Part shown: piece by piece, positions 38,333-43,535 of the stretch
Numbering within the stretch: the first letter of the stretch is position 1
How the letters are laid out: each line of letters begins with the position of its first letter
Assembly (NCBI GenBank): GCA_938083505.1
Contig: CALKCF010000008.1
Span: 1-43,535, forward strand
Origin: an uncultured archaeon
GTDB lineage: Archaea > Thermoproteota > Nitrososphaeria_A > Caldarchaeales > Wolframiiraptoraceae
Length of the DNA: 43,535 nucleotides
Direction of reading: 5' to 3'
Made by a program: the position numbers and the translations under genes
Notes under the pieces: model-generated
What the model was told of the DNA's origin: nothing
The model's database searches: none
The model's input: the letters and a program-made list of their open reading frames with translations, nothing else

Positions 38333-38442
38333 AACTTTTCAGACAATAACGGCTCTATTCCGGGTATATAAATTGATACGTCAACTGCAACGATGAAGGG
38401 AGGGCCTTCCTTGAAATACAGAAAAATATAAAAAGAATTATT

Positions 38443-39024
38443 ATGGTAAAATTTTATTTGATTTTGACAGGAGAAAGAGGTTATGCCGTACTTATTATAG
38501 CCGCGTCGTTTACCCTTATGATTATGCCTTTTTATATTACGTTTAATGAGCTTCTCACGGAGATCATAAAATCGATCGGTTTATGGTGGTTCATAGAGGC
38601 ATACATTGCACCACTCGTGGCACATCTTGCGGCATCTATGCTGAGCCTTTTCGGATTTAATGTTACATTATCGGGCCCACTCATTTACCTAAATGCGCCA
38701 AGCGGGGCGGTAGCTTTATACATAGCTTGGAACTGTATAGGCTGGCAGAGCCTTGTTATATTCTCTGCCATATCCTACCTCGTTCTCAAAGAGTCGCATC
38801 TTTCCCGTGTCGAAAAGTTTACAATGTTATTTTTAGGTTTTCAGGGAACGATTTTAGTAAACATACTTAGGATAGCACTCGTGGCTCTTATAGCGATATA
38901 TTTTGGGAAGGGTCCGGCCATAATATTCCATGACTACTTTGGTAGCTTCCTCACGTTCGGTTGGCTCACGCTCTTCTGGTTCATAAGCACACGCACTGGT
39001 GGTGAGAATGTTGCAGGTACTTGA
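38443..39024 (+). CDS. Exosortase/archaeosortase family transpeptidase
   Basis: Multi-TM with IAWNCIG (Cys), VNILRI (Arg), FHDYFG (His). Confidence 0.88.
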   Translation: MVKFYLILTGERGYAVLIIAASFTLMIMPFYITFNELLTEIIKSIGLWWFIEAYIAPLVAHLAASMLSLFGFNVTLSGPLIYLNAPSGAVALYIAWNCIGWQSLVIFSAISYLVLKESHLSRVEKFTMLFLGFQGTILVNILRIALVALIAIYFGKGPAIIFHDYFGSFLTFGWLTLFWFISTRTGGENVAGT

Positions 39025-41461
39025 GCTACTGCCATACGTCAGCCTAGCTTTTGGTTTACTTTTCTTTACGTATGCACTAAGATACTATCTAGCGCTGGCG
39101 TACACGGCATATATACTTTTCAGAGGGCGCAAATACAACAACTATGGAAAAAACGATTTCCAAACTAATGGTGGTCTAAAGTTAAGAAATTACGCGAACG
39201 GTGGCACGTCTTCCTACCCTTTTTTTAACGGCAACCACTTTCCGATGGTGAGCATACACATACCCCTATACAACGAGGAAAGGGTTGCGGCGAGACTAAT
39301 GGAAGCCCTCCTTTCATTAGAGTACCCAAGATACGAGGTAATCGTCGTGGACGACTCGACCGACTCGACACCCGTTATATTAAAGCGTTATGAAAAAGAC
39401 CCACGCGTGAAGATAATACATAGGCAGAATAGGAGCGGCTTCAAAGGTGGAGCGTTACGTGAAGCGCTCAAAATTATGAGCGATGAGGCTGAGTACGTCG
39501 TTGTATTCGATGCAGACTTCATACCACCGAAGGACATAATCCAAAGGTTGCTTAGCGAGTTCAGCAACGCATACAGCAACGCCAAGTTTGATGAGAAGAA
39601 AAACGGCAAAAACTTACGTAAAATATTAGACGAACTCTACAACTCAAGGGAAATCGTCGCGGTTCAAGGCTACCAGTGGCACGTCCTGAACGCTTCTGAG
39701 AACTGGATAACGAAGGCCGTGAGTGCTGAGTACGCGGGCAACTATTTGGTTGAGAGGTTATTCGTGAACAGTTTGATGCTAGGCGTACGCATGATATCCG
39801 GCAGCGTCTTTATGATAAGGGCTGACATACTACGCCAGTATGGCTGGAGGGACAGCCTGACAGAGGACTGGGACTTGACGCTTAGGCTTTATCGTGATGG
39901 TTACAAAGTCAGATACACCCAGCTGGCAGCCGCACCTGCCGAGTGCCCTGCCACCCTTACGTCGCTAATTAGACAGAGGGCCCGATGGGCTGAGGGCCAC
40001 ACGTTTGCCGTGAAGCGTTATTTCATGGAGATACTTAGGAGCAAGTTCTTATCTTTAAGGGAGAAGTTGGAGTTTCTCTACTTATCTCCGTACTACCTCA
40101 GCAGCTTATTCCTCATACTTGGGACAGCCTTATGGTTGACTGCGGAACTCTTGAGGGTAAAGATACCGTTCTGGACCTCGACTTTTGGGTGGTCGCTACT
40201 AATTACCAACATGATGGCCATACCACTCGTCAACCTGACCGGTCTGTGGCTAGAGTACAGAGCTTCTAAGCATTGGCATGGAGCCTTCACCTTCATCCCG
40301 CTCATGCATGTCTTAGCAATATTCCAAGCAGTAGCCGCGCTTAAGGGACTATTCGGTAAAAAGGAGTCCGCTTGGTTCAGGACACTGAAGACTGGGAAGA
40401 TTACTGAGGGCATCTTTGCGTATATCACGAGAATCCTTAAGGGCAGAAGACCTACGAAGAAAAGGTCAGGGATAGTATCTTGTGCGATCCTATCGCTCCT
40501 ATCCTCCTTCTTGGCCTACGCCCTCATTAAGCTCCTAATGAAGAGCGCTGAGGAGTCTGGAAGGATACCGCAGCCAGCCGAGTACGCCATCCTGATGGCC
40601 AGCATATCCGTGGGAATCACTACACTCGTTTGGTTAATGAGTCGAGGTACCCGAATAGGGGGCATGATGCCCAAGCTACTCATAAGCATCGCCGTCATGG
40701 CATCCTCCTACGTTCTCTTGAGACTTCTCTTCGGCGCGGAGTCCTTTACGTTCTATGAGTTTGCCTCTGCCATGACATCTGCTTGCTTGGGAATGTGCCT
40801 CTTCTATAGTTCAAGGTTCAGCCCAAATGCCTTCGCGTTGAAGAAGGCCGGCATACTCTTCGTGATGGTGTCGTTCATGCTTCTCTTGACATTCCAGCCG
40901 GTGCAGCATACCCAAGCTTATGTGCCCCAAGAGACCCTGTACCTTTATCCTAACGGTACTCACATACCGCCTCCTTATGGTATGATGAGTAATAGGCTGC
41001 CTGAAGGGTTCCAAATTTTGTGGATAAGAACGTTTTATTGGAAGTCTACGTCAGCCTATGACTTCACTCCGCAGGACAAAGGAACCTGGGTCTTTCACTT
41101 CGCTGGGAAAAACTCACCAAATCAGTTGGAACTTAGAGTTGGTGTTAGGGTTTATGTCTCGAACGACCCCGAAAGTCCTCCGTCCAAGCTTATAAAGATA
41201 GGAGAAGCATTCTTCACAATAACAGAAATAGATGAATTTGATATAGATGTCCCAATAGAAGTGAATCCTCCGGAGTGCACCGGCTGCTACATATTCCTCA
41301 GTTTAACACCATTTGGACGGGTAGAAATGTACACAGGATATATGAAAAAATACACATACCTCGTGATACCGGAGAACTTTCTGGCATTCATGCCGTTCGC
41401 ATTATTGCTACTGCTGGCCAGAAGAGCATTCCGGAAACCAAGGCAATTAGTTCATCATTGA
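38999..41461 (+). CDS. Cellulose-synthase-like processive GT2 with C-terminal extracellular domain and PEF-CTERM-like tail
   Basis: VVDDS.D, FKGGAL, FDADF, TED, QRARW motifs; many TMs; ends VIPEN + hydrophobic helix + RRAFRK. Confidence 0.88.
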   Translation: MVRMLQVLELLPYVSLAFGLLFFTYALRYYLALAYTAYILFRGRKYNNYGKNDFQTNGGLKLRNYANGGTSSYPFFNGNHFPMVSIHIPLYNEERVAARLMEALLSLEYPRYEVIVVDDSTDSTPVILKRYEKDPRVKIIHRQNRSGFKGGALREALKIMSDEAEYVVVFDADFIPPKDIIQRLLSEFSNAYSNAKFDEKKNGKNLRKILDELYNSREIVAVQGYQWHVLNASENWITKAVSAEYAGNYLVERLFVNSLMLGVRMISGSVFMIRADILRQYGWRDSLTEDWDLTLRLYRDGYKVRYTQLAAAPAECPATLTSLIRQRARWAEGHTFAVKRYFMEILRSKFLSLREKLEFLYLSPYYLSSLFLILGTALWLTAELLRVKIPFWTSTFGWSLLITNMMAIPLVNLTGLWLEYRASKHWHGAFTFIPLMHVLAIFQAVAALKGLFGKKESAWFRTLKTGKITEGIFAYITRILKGRRPTKKRSGIVSCAILSLLSSFLAYALIKLLMKSAEESGRIPQPAEYAILMASISVGITTLVWLMSRGTRIGGMMPKLLISIAVMASSYVLLRLLFGAESFTFYEFASAMTSACLGMCLFYSSRFSPNAFALKKAGILFVMVSFMLLLTFQPVQHTQAYVPQETLYLYPNGTHIPPPYGMMSNRLPEGFQILWIRTFYWKSTSAYDFTPQDKGTWVFHFAGKNSPNQLELRVGVRVYVSNDPESPPSKLIKIGEAFFTITEIDEFDIDVPIEVNPPECTGCYIFLSLTPFGRVEMYTGYMKKYTYLVIPENFLAFMPFALLLLLARRAFRKPRQLVHH

Positions 41462-41493
41462 GGTAGAAAAATTTTCGTGTATGATGAACTAAT
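41446..41493. repeat. Perfect 13-bp inverted repeat with 22-bp spacer
   Basis: ATTAGTTCATCAT (41446-41458) and ATGATGAACTAAT (41481-41493). Confidence 0.85.
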
Positions 41494-41582
41494 ATCCATA
41501 GATTCTGAGTTCTCCAGAAGTGAAACGCATACTTATTTTTAGAGTTTTCTCGGAACTCAAAATGGTTTAAAAGCTTTTCGGA

Positions 41583-42302
41583 TTAAAAGACCCAGACCTT
41601 TCTGCTCAGATATGGCTCAAGCATTTTTCTATTGACCCAAAGAGTATAAACGAGCGCGCTGGCCTGCTTCACAAATCTTGGGGTAGGGCCACTTTTGCGA
41701 ATGATTTTCCTTGCTTCCTTTATCCTTTCGATCATTTCATGGCTTGGGAGCTCATCGAAAAACTCTCGGCCATAATATCTGGCAGCTCGCTGCAATAGCG
41801 AATAAATATTGGTTCCGGAAGGTGGAAGGTCTTCATAGCCGATGCCTTTCGGTAAACGCAATGCAATCTTCTTTCCACCATCTATCAGGAATAGCCCCTG
41901 AAGGTCATATGCGATCCTCGCGCGGGGCATCGATCCGACAACCCAGCTAGAAAATTCAAAAATCGCCCGCACCTTCATGATCAGCCTAGCCTCCCGCATA
42001 ATCGCGATCCATCCCTCATCCCATGCATCGTAGATCGGCCGATCGAAGTCCTCCTCATTAGGCTGACTTTTCACTAAATAGTACACCACCTTTTTCCCCT
42101 CTCGATAGCCCCTGACGAAACCCCTCTTCTCAGCATCTTTTAGCACCCTCGCGGCCCTCGTCCTATTATGCCCCCTAACAAGCTCAGAAAATGTTTTTGG
42201 CCCCTCGATTAGCGGCGAGAGGATCTTGCAGTATAAATTATCGGATACTCCTAATGGGCTCTTCGGCCTTCCTCTATGTTTTTTTCCGGAATCTACGACC
42301 AT
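41583..42302 (-). CDS. Winged-HTH regulator with N-terminal AT-hook-like motif
   Basis: KHRGRPKS; IL..L.EGPKTFSEL...RVLK.AEKRGFV...EGKKVVYYL. Confidence 0.7.
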   Translation of the reverse strand: MVVDSGKKHRGRPKSPLGVSDNLYCKILSPLIEGPKTFSELVRGHNRTRAARVLKDAEKRGFVRGYREGKKVVYYLVKSQPNEEDFDRPIYDAWDEGWIAIMREARLIMKVRAIFEFSSWVVGSMPRARIAYDLQGLFLIDGGKKIALRLPKGIGYEDLPPSGTNIYSLLQRAARYYGREFFDELPSHEMIERIKEARKIIRKSGPTPRFVKQASALVYTLWVNRKMLEPYLSRKVWVF

Positions 42303-42361
42303 CAGTACCCAAGAAACGCGCCGATATAAATATTTTATTCTTCAATGTTTGATTTTTTGAA

Positions 42362-42502
42362 ATGAAAACCAAAATTCTTCGAAAGGTCCTGACAGTCGGT
42401 TCGAGTAAGCTGGTCACCCTGCCACCAAACTTCTCAGCCTCATACGTTTGGATTCTATGCGAAAACGGGAGAATAGTTATCGAACCGGCGGAGGTCAGGT
42501 AA
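42362..42502 (+). CDS. AbrB/MazE/SpoVT-like small DNA-binding protein
   Basis: Not in the ORF track: MKTKILRKVLTVGSSKLVTLPP...ENGRIVIEP (46 aa); stop abuts the next ATG. Confidence 0.75.
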   Translation: MKTKILRKVLTVGSSKLVTLPPNFSASYVWILCENGRIVIEPAEVR

Positions 42503-43018
42503 ATGTCATTAGAGCGTTACCGAGCGCTCGAAATTAGTGCTGCGAGTACGAAGAAAATAATTGAGGAGCTGGAGGCGAGGCTGAAAAAGATAGATTCTAC
42601 ACCGGCAATTGAATTCGGTGGCAAGGCTAATCAGCTATTAAGCCGTAAGACCGTAGAACTCGTCCTTGAAGATCAAAAAGCGAAACTAACACGTATCGAG
42701 GCCGAGCTGGCCCAAATCCGCCGCGAGCTCGAGAAGAGCCTGCCTGAGAAAGAGTCAGAGTGGCGTGAAAAAGTCACGAAACACAAAGAGCTACTGGATA
42801 AAATATCAAAAAACGTGAAAAATCTTCTTCACTTGACCGGGGAAATTTTGGAGCATGAAAAGAATATGAGAGCTAACGAGAACTATTACTTTTTGTGCCA
42901 AATTTTACAGCATGAGCCCTCGGTCCCTAAGCCCAATTACTTTGGAGACATCTTAGTATACCTCAAAGGTGAATGCGAGCGCTTTTTGCGAGTTTTAGGT
43001 GAGAAGATTGAAGTTTAG
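42503..43018 (+). CDS. Coiled-coil hypothetical protein
   Basis: E/K/L-rich heptads; coupled to flanking ORFs. Confidence 0.7.
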   Translation: MSLERYRALEISAASTKKIIEELEARLKKIDSTPAIEFGGKANQLLSRKTVELVLEDQKAKLTRIEAELAQIRRELEKSLPEKESEWREKVTKHKELLDKISKNVKNLLHLTGEILEHEKNMRANENYYFLCQILQHEPSVPKPNYFGDILVYLKGECERFLRVLGEKIEV

Positions 43019-43193
43019 GCCTCAGGCCTCATTTGCGGATGAAAGGGGGCGGGTTTCTTGCGATGGTTGCGGCCGACTCGTGAAGCGAGATGAGGTCTAT
43101 AAAGTGAATTTTGGGCCGAGAGACGTAGATTATGGGGAATATTGCATAGTATGTTTTCTAAAAATGTTAAAGCGTAGGGGGGCAAGGAAATGA
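42999..43193 (+). CDS. Small zinc-finger protein
   Basis: CDGC...YCIVC. Confidence 0.65.
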   Translation: MRRLKFRPQASFADERGRVSCDGCGRLVKRDEVYKVNFGPRDVDYGEYCIVCFLKMLKRRGARK

Positions 43194-43411
43194 GTGAACG
43201 GTATGCTTTTGGGATAATTTTCAGGGCCGCTGACCCCGATGCATTAACAAAGGTCTCAAATTACATTAAGAATCTAAATTATGAAATAGCATATATGACT
43301 GGTCCGAACCCACCTGAGATTCGTCTATTTATCAAGCACTATGCCCTTCAGCCACTTTCCGTGAAAGGTGCAAAGTCGCATGCTAAAAGAGTGGGTTCAA
43401 AAATACCTTGA
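43190..43411 (+). CDS. Hypothetical protein
   Basis: ATGA overlap with the previous ORF. Confidence 0.55.
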   Translation: MSERYAFGIIFRAADPDALTKVSNYIKNLNYEIAYMTGPNPPEIRLFIKHYALQPLSVKGAKSHAKRVGSKIP

Positions 43412-43535
43412 AAAGGGTTTAACCCCTATCCCACTCGCCCCCCAGGGGAAGAATGCAATCATTCTCAACTGGCCGAATCGAAGCCGAGAAGAGCTTGTGG
43501 AATTTTTCGAAAAATTTCACAATTGTAACATTGGT
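43380..43535 (+). CDS. Bifunctional DNA primase-polymerase (prim-pol) N-terminus, truncated by the window end
   Basis: MLKEWVQKYLEKGLTPIPLAPQGKNAIILNW...NCNIG fits the Y..G..PIPL....K......W...NIG prim-pol pattern. Confidence 0.75.
   Translation, partial: MLKEWVQKYLEKGLTPIPLAPQGKNAIILNWPNRSREELVEFFEKFHNCNIG

Larger units (their letters stand above)
41583..43535. mobile_element. Integrated plasmid/virus-like element (partial, runs off the window)
   Basis: Divergent HTH / AbrB pair, run of short coupled ORFs, prim-pol N-terminus; no integrase or att site visible. Confidence 0.7.

Noticed and set aside
1-43535. CRISPR arrays, rRNA, transposases, integrases, and the many antisense ORFs in the track
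   Set aside because: No regularly spaced repeats or recognisable motifs seen by eye; the antisense ORFs overlap well-supported genes

Overview
Archaeal chromosomal window from a TACK-group organism; the NuoD, NuoI, AtpK and fused GuaA styles recall basal Nitrososphaeria/Aigarchaeota-like or Bathyarchaeia genomes (inference). Core genes: SufC/SufB-type (SMS-like) Fe-S assembly pair, guaA, aTrm56, TFE, a split A-type ATP synthase (E-A-B on minus; D-small subunit-K on plus), a rearranged partial complex I cluster (B-C-D-I-ORF-A-H), aspS, NusA-like, Alba and L40e. RNA genes: four tRNAs (all three Val isoacceptors plus Phe), three carrying non-canonical introns, and a likely C/D-box guide sRNA aimed at 23S helices 69/70-71. 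A decaying accessory region follows tRNA-Val(TAC). It holds a phosphoserine-sulfhydrylase-type cysteine synthase beginning with a ubiquitin-like PAVSGG tail and a degenerate SerK/ParB domain, an E1/ThiF enzyme, a JAMM protease relic, tandem GH130 genes and several pseudogenes. The best candidate for a new system is an archaeosortase/exosortase overlapping a cellulose-synthase-like GT2 that itself ends in an internal signal peptide, an extracellular domain and a PEF-CTERM-like (IPEN) sorting signal. The window ends inside an integrated plasmid/virus-like element (HTH, AbrB, prim-pol).
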